Shown piece after piece: positions 38,528 to 51,820 of a stretch of DNA of 64,000 nt (its first letter is position 1; each line of letters begins with the position of its first letter). The notes beneath the pieces are model-generated. The model was not told the origin of the DNA. It did no database searches and was given only the letters and a program-made list of their open reading frames with translations. The stretch is from Trichosphaerium sp. ATCC 40318 (Eukaryota > Protista > Tubulinea), in NCBI GenBank assembly GCA_038496445.1, contig JALMLS010000488.1, positions 266,627-330,626 on the forward strand, given 5' to 3'. Both the position numbers and the translations under genes were made by a program.

Positions 38528-41500
38528 TTACAATATTTCTCTTGGTACTTTACCAATAACAACACGATTACGTTTTGTTAGTTGTCGTGCTGGAATACGG
38601 TAAACATCACCTCCAGTAGCTTGAACACGTGGTTCACTAGACCATGGTTTATGACCTGATGTCAAGTCCTCCTAAAGCGGGATTCAACATGAGCAACAAA
38701 AAAACAAATAGGATGAGACGAACCTCGCTTGAATTTGAGTTATCACTACCAACCATATCTTGTATATTTGATGTCATACGCTGTGTCAAACCGTGCTCTA
38801 TAAGAGCACTTATCCATGATAATTTATCTGCTCTACAAGCAGCTCCAAATGTAATTCTCTTGTTTGAAGGTGTGGCAACTGCAAATACAGCATCACCAGG
38901 AATATTATGATTGCCTCTATAATTTCGAGCTGAATCAACTTGAGAGTTTGATACATCATAATGGGAATATGGGTGTTTATCCTAAACAAAGCAATTCAAT
39001 AAATATCTTGTCTAAGCCTCAAAAAAAGAAAGCGAAAAGCAAACCATAATTGCAAAAAAAAAAAAAAAAAGCTGTTATCGATCTTACCTTTGGGTGATGA
39101 TATTTATATACAATGTTGTTGTGTAAACAAACCCTAATTATTGTAAGATATATATTCCTTAAGTAAACCAAAAAAAATCATCCATGTAAGCAATTACACC
39201 TGAAAATTTTATCTTTTTCTGCGAAAAACATACCATATTCTTTTTTGTTTGCCTTTTGTCATTTGGTATAACCAACCAAGATGATCTGTTTGGCTTGGCT
39301 TCTCACCGACTTTAATCTCCTCTCTTCCACCTTGCAAGAATGTTTGCATTAAGATATCATCAAGAAGCTCATCACGTTTGAAGCAGGCAGCAAACCTAGT
39401 GAAACGATCAATGATTTTATACAGAAAACGTGCAGTCATTACGCACCACTTATTAATAAGAGCTTCACATTTTTCCATTTTATGTGGAGAAAAACTCCTT
39501 GGTGATAGTATTCTAGAAGGGAATCCTCCAGGGACATCTTTATGATGTACACGAAGCTAGAAAAAAGAAGCGTAAGAAATTGTTTAATTGATTAAATCGA
39601 TAAATTCGTACTGCATCAATGAGCGTGTAAAATTCTTTAAACCTTCTCTTAACATACCATTGTGTAGTAGATAAATCTACTAATATCTTATGCAACTAGA
39701 CAAATCAGTTAGAAGCTGTACAATAAAGAAGGAAACAAAACATCAAAATTACAATTGTTGTGGCAAAACGTACAATATATGGCTTCTTTCCCTTCTGTTT
39801 TATTGCATTGGAGTTAACTACAATGGCTCTGAACGATACTTTATCAACAATAAATTGAGAACGAGGTGATTGTTTAACTGGGTCATTAACATGGAACACA
39901 AATGAAGACGCATGTCTTCTGTGTTGTTGCACTGGTTGAGGTAGTGAAGGTCTAGCACGGGCCAGTGCACTCTATTAAACATTGTTAGTATATTATACAA
40001 GTACTATAAGGTACCTCAACGTCTGCCATAGAGTCTATGATGGCTGTTTTTTCCATCAAAGTGGATTCCAGCTCACTTCCAAATGTATCTCCTAATATAT
40101 TTTTCTTCCCAAATTTGACGCTGTACATTTGAGTCACGTTTAGTATACTATCTTTCAAGTTTGCAAACATTAACTGTGTGCTTCTTTTCATAATCTTAGA
40201 GTCCTCACTAGTGAGTTTCAAGATTTCTAAGCAAAAATTCTTCAAAAGAAGAGAAAGTCAGCATTTAGATTCTTTTTTCTTGTGTAATGCATTTTGCCTT
40301 ATGACGTACTTGTAGAGAAACATAGAGTGGTTTTGTTTCTACTAATTTACCATATATAGCGGCTTGCTCCTCTTTACTTTTTGCATTCGCCTTCAAAACA
40401 GCATTCTGAAGCCTTTTTTTGAAAATCAGCCTTAAATTCCTTTTGATTCGTTTTGATTCGTTTTGATTTTTTCTTTACGTACTCTGTTAATAAAGAACTC
40501 AAAGTGTCTGCAACCTTATCAAATTCAGCTTTCAAGTCACCATTATCTAGTAAGCAAATATTTAGTACTAACGCGTCAAATGGTGAAACAACATTTACAA
40601 CTTACGTAACGTTGTGTGACCAGTTGTTGGACGACGAGGTACGACAACATGCCCTCCATTTGGTCTAGGAGGTATCGAAGGATTATCACCTTTTGTAAAA
40701 GTAGGTAACGAATCAGTAACACATCGTTTTCTAGTAGGCTTGTTCTGACCAAAATGTTAAATCAATACAATGAAAAACTATTGTCAAATATTTTTCTACG
40801 TACACGCCTTGCCCACTCAAGGTACACGTCAATGAGCTTTGTCTTATTTGTGCGCGCACTATATGGTATAGGTATCTTCTTAGTTCTACATTCAGCAGAT
40901 ATATTAGCAACTGACATGCATAGCAGTTGATCTCGGCAGAAAACTCCGTCAACTTGTACTGCTGGAGAGCTATTCTGAGGCTTTTTCTTGATAACTCGAG
41001 GCAGTGGTTTGACTTTCTTTGGTGCTGAACGAGGTGGCTGGCCGTTAGGTGATCGTTTAAAATGATGAAATAAATGTGTGAGGTAGATAACCATTGTTGG
41101 TTCATCAGGAGAGCCGAGCTAAAATGGATAGAAAAATAAGTATCAGAAAAAAAAAGAAAAGGTTTTTTGACAACTCGGCTTTGGAGTGCTTGTACATACG
41201 TTATAATCACCCATCTATAATTTTTATAAGTACGTAATTAATGTAGATATAAAATAATTGATACATACAGTTACTGGTAGAGATAATACCGACTCTATTT
41301 TTCTGAAAAATACTCTCATATTAAGCGACCTCTGAAGATTCTACAAATATTTGTGAGTTTGTGACATCATCTAGTACGCTTATTTATATACTTACGCCTA
41401 ATGGAAATGCCTTTGGTACTTGTACATGCATAATAGCGCGTACTGGAAGCCTGAACATTGTCAATTGCCAAAATGAACAAAAAAGCAAAAAAACTGTTTT

Positions 41501-42111
41501 AGGAATGTTTGTTTTGCTTACCCTTGTGTAAAACACGTCGTAAAATCTACAACTGACTTTGATTTTACCTTCCTAACCACCTTTTAGGCGACAATCTTAG
41601 TATTATACCATTAAAACTCACTTTGAGCAGCTGTCACACCATTCTAATAGCCCTGGTTGTCCTGATTTACCATTACAAATAACCTTCTTTAGGTCTGTGC
41701 ATTGAAAGAGCGCCCACAAGATTTCTGTCGTAGCAGAAATGTTACAGTTGAAAATGGCTTAAAAGTAGCTTGTTAGAATTGTACAGCGTAGTATGTAGCG
41801 TACACGCTGGTGAAAATTTAAATTGTCTCCCACTAGCTGAAGAAATGGCTGACATGGCTGATTTGATGTTCTGCATGATTTGAACGTTGTAGGTTGGTTT
41901 ATTATGGTGTGGGATATCAATTTTGAGCGTCTTTTGACAAAGTTGTATTAACTTTGTTCCGTCCCGAAATACCTCGCCAAATGCGCCTCTTACATGTTTA
42001 CTTCCAAGCTTGTAATTAGCCCATTCACCCAAAAGCTAATACGTCCAAATTAGAGAATACACGGTTGTACCTAAAAGTATTTCCGCCACGTACTTTAGCG
42101 CGTATTTCCAT
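38528..42111 (-). CDS. Calponin-homology + PX + PH domain protein, multi-exon
   Basis: CH (LLGEWANYKL...FRDGTKLIQLCQ...NIKSAM), PX-like (KKPY..RRRFKEFYTL), PH (HLGWLYQMTKGKQKRIW...DKLSWISALIE). Confidence 0.75.
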
Positions 42112-42723
42112 GTTTGGGTAGTTTCAAAGGGTTAGTAGCTTGTAAGGCTAGAATTATTTTTCTGTTCGAGTTAACAAGTACAGTATGCGTAAACGTTCAA
42201 GCAGATACTCTTATCACAACTGGCGATTCGATTGAAGACTGTTTTTTGCACTTTGCGAATTATTTTGACTTTTATGCATAAGCGATCAAGCATTTTATTG
42301 TTACTACATGCCGGAAACGCTCTCGCGATAAACTTTACAGTCTTTCCCTATTTCGTAACGTAAAACTGTTCCATTTGCGTCGAGGAGAAATAGAATCCTT
42401 GAAAACAATAGTAAGACACCATTTGAATAGTTGTGAGTCGCTTTTGTACACTCCGCTATTTTCCGAAAGAATGAGCGACTGACTAAGCTTCAAGTTTGTT
42501 CACAACCCACGAAAGGTACTTCCCCGACGCAAACCCGACATTGTAGTGTGATAATCAAAAGAAATTTTTTCGTTCTGACTTGACAACCAAAAACGGACGC
42601 AAAACACGTAGATAATATGTACAGTTTCATTTAGGGATTAATATACAAGGTTAGTTTTTGGGCGTTTTTTTTGCGATGGTCCAGCGTTGTTTGGGTAAAA
42701 AATTGATTTGCCGTTTGGTGTTT

Positions 42724-43936
42724 TCAGCCATCTCTTGGCGGAGAATGCTCTGGTTTATCATCAAAAGGTTCTGTGTGAACAGTTTCTTTGTGGCTTTCAG
42801 AAAACGGAGCTAGAACCATAGCATGGAGTGTATCAAAGTTTTCAAGAGTCTGTGATCTTTCTATGGCTCTTACGGGTGTTTGCATTGGTACCCAGTCATC
42901 TCCTTGAGCAAGAGCACGCTTTTCTTCATCCACAAACTCCACAAAAAGATCATAACGCAGCATTTTAACAATAGAGTCTTTTGCTTCTTTAAAAAGATCT
43001 GGCCGACCTTTCTCTAAGTTGTCCATAATGGCCTATAAACATCAACGTCAGTTCTCATAATTTGTGCTGTAATGACTGAAAAAAAAAAAACCAAAACCTT
43101 CCACCCAAAAGTATCACGTGGTAAAAAGGGGTAGGCAAGCGAAATGGATTAAAATTTGTGGCTTGCGTAAAAATAAAAAAATCTTTCGTTTTGTTGTAGT
43201 TTTCCGATATTAACTATCGATTGATTTTACATTCCCACGTGATCAAAGCGTAAGGGGTAAAAAGTTTGTTAAAAAATTTACGTACCAGCCTTTCTTCACG
43301 TGATATATTTATAGGTTCTTCGGCAACATTTACGTCAATCCATTCACCGATAATATACCGCGCAAGAGATACCCTTGCTGCAGAGTCTCTTGTTCGTGCA
43401 TATAATTCTAGAAAATCATAAGGACGTAATAATTTCAAAGTCGAGGTTTTTTTTCATTTTGTGGACAAAACAACGCTTCAAATAAGTTGGTACTTTCCCA
43501 AAAGTAAAAAGAGACTACTAGTTTGGAAACCGCCGATTTTAGAAAAAAATTTCTGTTTTAGACGATGACCCAAGCTTGTGTCTTTTTTTGTTATTGTTGC
43601 TTACCTGTAGCAATAAAAAAGGCGAGATTTTCGTTTGCCAATTTTTGGTAAACGAATACGCGAAACCTCACAAAAGTGTCTCTATCATGTAATATCCTCT
43701 CCCATGATATGTTGTATTCCCTCTCTATATCATCAAGTTTCCTATACACCGAGTTAAACAAGCAGGAAATAAATTTATCCAAAAAACAAAAGTTGAAAAA
43801 AAGCGTTTTGTTTTCGGTTTCAGACACGCCTGTAACAACCCCGATGTGCTTTTCGGTGTTTTTTATTTATAATTTCTTTCGAAATTTAAACTTGAAGACA
43901 AGTCCAAGGCGACGTACTTTGCTGTTGGTCTAACAT
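42724..43936 (-). CDS. RGS-domain protein; start uncertain
   Basis: WERILHDRDTFVRFRVFVYQKLANENLAF, YIIGEWIDVNVAEEPINISREER, DLFKEAKDSIVKMLRYDLFVEF. Confidence 0.85.
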
Positions 43937-45009
43937 TACAGTTTTTCTTTTTTGATCTAAATGACTTCTTGTATTTCTTTATGCGTTCTATTATGAGTTT
44001 GTTAATAAACGTGGCGTTATGGAATGTTAATATAACAGTCTTTGTTTACATACTTTTGAGTCGAGAAATACAGTCCATCTCGTATGAGCACAGAAGCGTT
44101 GCTATAAGAGAACTGTGTCGTTTTGTATCACATGGTCCTAAATGCCTTAAGGCACGAAGTTTTTTGTTCTAAGTCTCCGGGAACATTATTTATAACGCTA
44201 GTTGTAGTATCTATGATCGGTACTAACTAGAAAAACCGGTTTGCACCAAAAAAAGGCGAACTACTTGAGTTGACGAAGCAAACTATCACAACTCATTAAC
44301 TTTTGTAAAATGACTATACCATAGCGTTAGAAAGAAGATCCTCTCATCGTGTTCTTCCGAGGTGAACATATTTATAATCAACACGTGTTTCAAAAAAAGA
44401 AAAAAGGTCACTACCAAGCATTTTATGGGTATACAGTTGAGTTTGAGAACCTTGCAGCGTTACATGAACTGGATATATAATGTTACGATAAAAACTGAAG
44501 TAGTTTGGTACTGTTTAGCATAACGTTTAGAGGGTTACCTTAACCTTAGCACAACACCTGTGACCAATGTACTATTATTAGCTATTCTTCTACAGAATGC
44601 AGTTCCTAGCAGACACAAGGAATTATCTGTTATGGTAAAAATATTGTTACAGATTTATCCTAAATCCACGTTGCCGTGTGATCAACATCCGCGTGATAAG
44701 CATAAACTCAGAGCGAGCTAATATATATATTAGAAAACCTTTCAACGATACCAAAGACTGCAAAAGGCTATTCTTGACGCTATTGTTAAGTGAAATGATA
44801 GTTTGTTCTAGCAACTTGTGTTGGCAAAACAATTGTACAGCACTACGTTGTGATAATCTCATTTTTTTTTTAAGTTACAATTACATTCATCGAGCTTTAC
44901 ACGTGAACAAAGGTCACGAACGCGCAAATACTACAATACTAATAACGTTATAAAATAAGCGCATTCGTCATTGTTAAATAAAAACTCACATGTTAGTGAA
45001 CAGTGCGGT

Positions 45010-48000
45010 TTAAAATTTAAGCTGTTGCTCCTGTGTATTTACTTTTTGCCCACCGGAGGTAACCCCATGACCTCTACCGCGGCTTCCACCACGACCTCTA
45101 CTGCGAGCTCTACCACGGCCTCTACCACGTGGATTTCCTCTACTACGACGTAATTGACCTCTGCCTCTTCCACGTCTAGCTCCTCGGAGTCCTCCTCTTG
45201 TTATATTGCCTCTGCCACGACCTCTATACCTTGGTCTTCGTCTTTGAGGATTACCGCGGACTTGCTGTCCACCCCGATGATTTATTTCTTTGAACCTACG
45301 AACAAGATTTTAGTTAAGAAAGACTTGACAATGAAGATTCAACGGGAAAAAGCTTCAAAAAAAGGCATTGTTTCTGGACTTACGATTGCGGATTGAATTG
45401 GTTTGAAGGCATTTGGTGAGCTAAAAATTGACCAGGCTGAGCACTTTGATAACTGTTACGGTGGTAGGAGGATGAAGATTCTTTGTTGTCAAATTCCCTT
45501 ATGAATAAAGATGGATGACGTGTTCCCCAGTTCTCTGTTATTTCAAGAGGTGATGCTAATAGTAGAGTTTCATATTCATTGTTTATTGGTTTATCTAAAT
45601 TTAGAGCAGGTGGTGCCATGACCTATTACGATAAATCAGCGCACGTGATTAAGAAAAATCGACATTGACCCATTTCTCAAAAAAAAAAGAAGCAAAAAAG
45701 ATGTTTTACCTTGCTTTGAGCTACTGCTGAAACTGGCTTTATCGTATCATTGAATAAACATTCTAAATCTGTTTCTGGGAACTTCTCATCTGTTTCTTGA
45801 TCTTGCTCGTTGAGTATTACTTTAGCCATTGAACAAAGGAACACAACCTGTAAAGTGGCATGAGCTTTATATTTTCAATGAAACCAAAGGTTTTCTCAAC
45901 TTACCCTTTCTTGAACTTCCAATTCTGGCGACCTACGAAACCCATTAAGAATAATTAACAAATAAAAATAAAACATACTCTACTAGATGTGATAAAGCTT
46001 TCATAATGTGCTCAGCAAGTGGTTTTACTTTAAGGATGCCTTTTGATAGCACTTTCAAAACAGCCTACAAAAAAAATTAGGAAACCAATAACATTTTCTA
46101 CAAGTAACGAGTTCCTCCACTTCTAATTCTAGTGATAGTGATAGTGAACCTTCCTAACATACATGTACTATAAGTTCTTGTATGTCTGTGTCAACATTAT
46201 TTATATCATCTAAGAAGCTTGCCATAACTTTTTCAGGCTCTGTCAGTAAACTAAGCATCCGTCAGCTGTGTTAAAAACTAGCAAACAAAACACCAAAATA
46301 CTGTTCTCGTACGTAGCATATTCGCCTGATATCCATGTCGCAGCACCGTGTAGGTACCTTCGTGTATTAAAACTTCTCTCTTTTAACAAGAGACCCTCCT
46401 ACAAGATTATAAGCAAACAAGAAACAAACCAAAGTTGCCTTACCATTTTTACAACAACAAACTGCTGCACTGCTTCAACACGTACAGTAATATCAACTAA
46501 ACACTTTTTAATCTCTTCCAGATGCTCTCCATATCTACAATGATAAGTTCTTTGGAACCATATTTTAAAAGAGTGAGCACTTACGCTGCAAGAGCAATGA
46601 GAACACCGCAATACCACGCAAAATCAGTTACATTTTTATAAAGATTGTTTGAGCACATATCAAGTATAGTAGCTATTATACGATCGCTTGAAACGCCTTT
46701 AGGTCATATGTGTTAGTAAATAGTTTAAATAAGGATATTTAACGTACTTGTTGTGAACTCAAGATGTGTCATGAGAAGCTTAACGATCTCTGAAAGATTT
46801 TTAGGAGTTACCTACAAAGAAGAAATAGTCAGTGACTTGGTGTAACAATTATAGCGTACTATCTTTGATAGAACTTTAATAGCATTACTACTAATTGATG
46901 CATCTGCATGTGTTACCTAAAAAAGGCAATCTTAGATGAGAACGAAAGACACATGTAACAAAAGAAAAGAAAAAAAGTACGAACGTATTGTACTACTTTG
47001 TCCTTATTCTTTTTTACAAATGTTGGGTATTTATCTACAAATGCTGCCATTGCGCGCATGCCAAGGTATTTATCTTGAACAAATATGAGCAATCATATTG
47101 GTATAAGGTGTTTCAAAAAATGAAGACAAAAGAACAAAGCACTGACAAAAATGTAACGCAATGGTGATTAAGTTAGTTTGACGTACGGTATAGGTGAGGT
47201 GAGTCTATAAAGTCTAGCATTTTACTAATTACAGCACGTATAACTTCAACATTTTTTGTATTAGAAACAATTAGAGCCATCAAACACTCATAAGCAAGCA
47301 TATCAGAGCCTAAACAGAAAAGAAGTTAAACCAAATATTCAGTTCTAGATTAACTTTGCATTAGGTGACGTACTTTCTGATTGTAACGTTTCTTTAAGCT
47401 TCCCAACTACCTTCGTTGAGAGTCTTGGTTCTTTAACAAGAAATAATTGAAACTATCAAGACAGTGAGCAATAACTTGAAATTAATACATATCTTATTAA
47501 AAAATCTAAATAAAATCATGTGTACCAAACGAACTATCTTTGCACGCAAATACATGTTTCCATACTGCTCAGACATACCTTAAAATATTTAAAATAAGAT
47601 TCATTCGAGTGGTCATCAACAGAATGTAGGAAAGTACTTAAAGATAAAATTGATGTTCCATGTTCCGTACGTTTAAATAAGGTTGGCACAACAGGCAAAT
47701 AATTTCCAGGATTATGTCTTGCCAACTCCACTATGACATGTAAACTGGCATCTCTAACACCTTAGGTATGTTAGTGTTGTAACAGAAAAAATCACGTGAT
47801 ATAAAAGGGAATCTACCTGGATCTTGATCAGCGAAGCAGTCTTTCAATTTTAGAAATGTTGGCCTGACAGCAGCTGGGAATTGTACAAATATATTGAATG
47901 TTGCTAGTATAGCACGCCTCCTCAAGTAAGGTGGTGCTTGACTTGTCATCAACTTAACTGGAACAACGTAAATGATAAACCTACGAATTTTGTAAAAATG

Positions 48001-48948
48001 TCGTACCAACATCAGGTGCAGTATTACGCGCCATGTCGGTATCCATTATTTGTGACAAGCACCTAAACCTTATAAACACAATGTATACTTCATTTCATAA
48101 AAAGAAAGGTACCCTATGGCATTTGCACTAACATACAAGGTGTCTTTGTTGTACACCAAATCCTAATAAAATCAATAAAAATTGAAATTTTTTTTACCGG
48201 TTTTCTTCAGTACAGTGATCAACACGTGCCTGCTTTATTTGATTGGTAGATAATACACGAACAGTGTCATCTGATGAGAACGTCTGTGCTGCAACCATGT
48301 ATCCTCCACGTTTTTGTGGTAACGACTTGCTTGCCAATACTTCAACGGCACCAAAAGCGGCGAAATCAACATTATAACCAAGCATGTGAAACTGCGGAAA
48401 AATAAGAACTTCAACTGACAAGATTTTGTTTTCTTATTGTTGCATTGATTGTAATAGATACAACCAAATAGTTTTAGAGTCCAGACAAGCAGGAGGAAAG
48501 TTCCAAAAACAAAAAAATGTTTGTTTTGATTGTTTTCGCGTGTACGTACATAGAATGCCTTCATTATAGCGTCATGTTTCATTCGCGGGTCTGTTGATTT
48601 AACCTCGTTTTTAATTATCTGTAATTGACGCGCCACGTATGTTTTTGGGTCCTTTGTGTTGCGCATTCCGCGTATAACGTCAATTAATGATGCTTGTGAC
48701 AATTGCATAATGAATTGTGAAGCTTTCGCTGCTGTGTCATCTATGAAGCCTGTAATCGCATTTGAAGGTTTTGATGGTTTTGAATCTTTCACGTTTGGTG
48801 ATGTGGCTTTTGAGTTATAATCACCAACTGAGACGCTTCTATTAGCGAATTTAGGTATTTGTGGCTTATCCACATTTGTGTAGCGCGAGCGTCGGTTTAA
48901 AATCCGCGAAAAGAACGAAAACTTGCTGCCACCACTGTTATTATTCAT
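45010..48948 (-). CDS. AP3D1: AP-3 delta-adaptin-like protein (trunk only) with RG/RGG-rich C-terminal tail
   Basis: SLIDVIRGMRN, MLGYNVDFAAFGAVEVLAS...KRGGY, PYLRRRAI..F..FVQFPAAVRPTF.KLKD, ELARHNPGNYLP, EPRLSTKV, AWISGEY, LEVQER, IKPVSAVAQSKV. Confidence 0.85.
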
Positions 48949-49165
48949 ATGGTATCGTTTGTAAGATGTTTGCTCATTACTTTTCAAGTGACACTAAATC
49001 AAAAAAAAATTCTTGAAAAGTCTTGGTCAAATTCTGAATTCTTCAATTTCGACGTTTTGTCAAATGACAAATCAATATTAAGGTATTTTTCAATTACATT
49101 AACATGTCTGTATTATATATTGCTATGAGGTTTGATATTACATTAAAATTCCTTCCAACAACAAT

Positions 49166-50741
49166 CTACGACAGCAATTTTTTGAAGCCTAAAGAGTTTG
49201 TTATTAATAACCCATTTTATGTCCTAGTCATTATGCTTACCTTCTTTTTGTGCGTTTGTAAGGGTCTTCGGAAACTTCACTTTAAAGGTGATAACTAAAT
49301 CACCGAAATCTGTATGCTCAAATACAGGCATACCTTCACCCTAAATCAAAGTGTCAAGATAAAAATAAAATAATTTATGTATGATAAGAATTACCTTTAG
49401 AGTGAGAACATAACCTGGTTTGGTTACTTCTGTGCGTTTTACTTTTACTGAGCGACCTGCCAAATGAGGAATATCTTTTTCAAAGCCAACAAGCGCCTTT
49501 AAATAGTTAGAAGACTGCGAAAAAATACAAAAAGAAGACTGAAGAACATTAGTGTCTGTGCCTACCTGTAGTAGAGAAATAGTCATTGTAAGCTCCAAAT
49601 TGTCTCCCTCACGCTTATATCTGCGATGTGGGATAAGAATAAGCCTAAAGGCCAAAGTGCCAGGTAAATATCCTTTCTTTTCATCAGCATCTCCTTCATA
49701 AGTCTAAAAATCATATGTCAGACTTACAAATGTTGTACGCGATCATCAACTGCGTAATTAACAAATCCACAAAGCTATTTATTCTCGAAAAAAGAGCTAA
49801 TTTAAAAAGACTCGCGACATATCTCAGAAAACAGATTTCGACTTTTGAAAAGACAACTAAAAATTCAAAAAAAACTTGTCATTTTTTGACGTACAATCAA
49901 ATCTCCAGCGTTCTTTCCACGCTCAACAAAGGCAGTAACAGTTTCTTCAACACCATCACATTTTGGAGTACCACAGTTTCTTGGTTTGGAGCGTAATACC
50001 TTCATCATACTTCATTTAGCGCTTCAACTATAATTTCTTTTTTTGTTCTTACCTCAACTTTCCTTCCCAAGTATAAATCCTCTAGTGTTACCTCTAAAGA
50101 TAGAATTTGATCATCACTCTTACGCATTCCGCGATTGCCACCACCAAAGTTAACTTTGAAACCCATACTAGAGAACATTTAGTTTTTTAAGTGTTATTAC
50201 AGTGTAAATACTTTTCGAATACTGTCTCAAAGCCTCCGAAGCCTCTATTACGATTGCCTCCATTCTTTAAACCTTCTTTTCCGTACTGTGCGTAAATTTG
50301 GCGTTTTTCTTTATCAGATAGCACAGTGTACGCTATATAAATTAGAAAAGAGCCAGTACGGCGTTTATAAAAGGTTTTTAATTTTTGGTGACGTGTATAA
50401 TACGCCGTTTGAGGTACGAGCTATTGAGCAAGTACTATGGCGATAGGAGCGTAAACTAGCTCAATTGATACTTTGATGGCGTGCCTTCTGTTATTTCTTG
50501 AAACTTCTCTTGGTTACCGGTTGGCTAATGATGTGAGCGTTGTGTTACGCAAAAGGCGCCGTACTCTATCAGGGTGATGTATTTTACTCAGTTTGCGGTA
50601 CGCCTTTTTTATCTCGTTTGCTGTGGCAGAGCGTGATACTCCAAGTACTTTAAAATAGTCATCCTCAGCACTTGCAACGTTTACAAAGAGTACAACCAGC
50701 ACTAAAGATAGCAACGCGAGTACTTGAGCGTTCAATGACAT
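49166..50741 (-). CDS. DNAJB11: ER-luminal DnaJ/Hsp40 (DNAJB11/ERdj3-like)
   Basis: Signal peptide, J domain ([12 protein letters not shown]...HHPDR...[14 protein letters not shown]), [17 protein letters not shown]...ISLLQALVGF, GEGMP. Confidence 0.85.
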
Positions 50742-50890
50742 GCTTTAGCGAATATACACGCTTATCTCAGTAGTGGCTTACAGAAATTTCAGCCAAGGTC
50801 AAACAACTCTACAACCACAACACAACGGGTAAACACCATCAGTAATTGGTATTTTGATATGTTTCGGTGGTTTTTACGCTCAAATAGCCA

Positions 50891-51618
50891 ATGGATCAAG
50901 AGGAAGCTGCCAACGCGGCAAATCACCTAGAAAACACACAATTAAATCAACAAGTACCCGGTGCTACTAACAAGGCATACTCACGCACTGTGGAAACGCT
51001 CACAAGCAAATACATGCATGAACTGGCTAAATTCGACCAGGAGCGACATGAATGCGACAATAGAATAGACAAGAAGCGACAGGCACGTTCGAAAGCGAGT
51101 TAGTGTTGCGGCAACCTTCTGCTTTCTCGCGTGCCGAAAGGGCCGCGTATAGAGCAAGTTGAAGATGAAAGCACGCTTTCTTTTATTTTTGATCAATTGC
51201 ATTTGTGGCAACCTTCTGCTTTCTCGCGTGCCGGAAGGGCCGCGTATAGAGCAAGTTGAAGATGAAAGCGGTTGCAGTTATCGAATTTGCGGTCTTTCTT
51301 ACAATGTGGTGTTTTGCAAACACTAACGCGTGCTAGGCTGCCACAGAGCGAATGATAAAGGAATTGATAGTAGAAGCAGACAAAGCACGGGGCCTTAAAC
51401 GAAAATATGACGAAGTTGTCAGAGAAAAGGACAGAGCAATACGAGAGAAGGATAATGCGATAAGAGAGAAGGAAGAGCTTGCAGAAGAAGTCAAAGACCT
51501 AAAAAGATTTAAGAAAACTGTTTGTGAAATGTTTGGAGAGGTAGAGGCGGCTGTAAAGCGTACAGGAGCTATTATTAAGGAAGCTGACGAGCCTGAAGTA
51601 TTGCTTCTACAAGTGTAA
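50891..51618 (+). CDS. Small 2-exon coiled-coil protein (GC-AG intron 51083-51336)
   Basis: ORFs 50891-51103 and 51352-51618 join in frame via CAG|GCACGT...CACTAAC...TAG|; REKD heptad repeats. Confidence 0.6.
51110..51269 (+). repeat. Direct duplication of a 63-bp GC-rich, hairpin-forming unit inside an intron
   Basis: 51110-51172 and 51207-51269 differ at one base (GAAA vs GGAA). Confidence 0.92.
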
Positions 51619-51820
51619 TATGAAGAATAAAATGGATTATGATCAGGTTCTGTTATTACGACTCCATACAGACGCGCTTACTACTCTGGAAGATCATCTA
51701 GTAGCAACAAATTATAGAGCTTTTAGTTCACTGAGTGATTCTCTGAATTGTTAAGAACCGTTTGCCTGCACGTGCTTTCAATAGATCTGTCAAATAATTA
51801 GCTTTTATTTGCCTTTTTAT

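Noticed and set aside
40441-40470. (TTTTGATTCG)x3 tandem repeat
   Set aside because: Short intronic slippage repeat with no evident function.
44971-45396. Ser/Thr-rich plus-strand ORFs
   Set aside because: Antisense of the RG-repeat exon of the adaptin gene.
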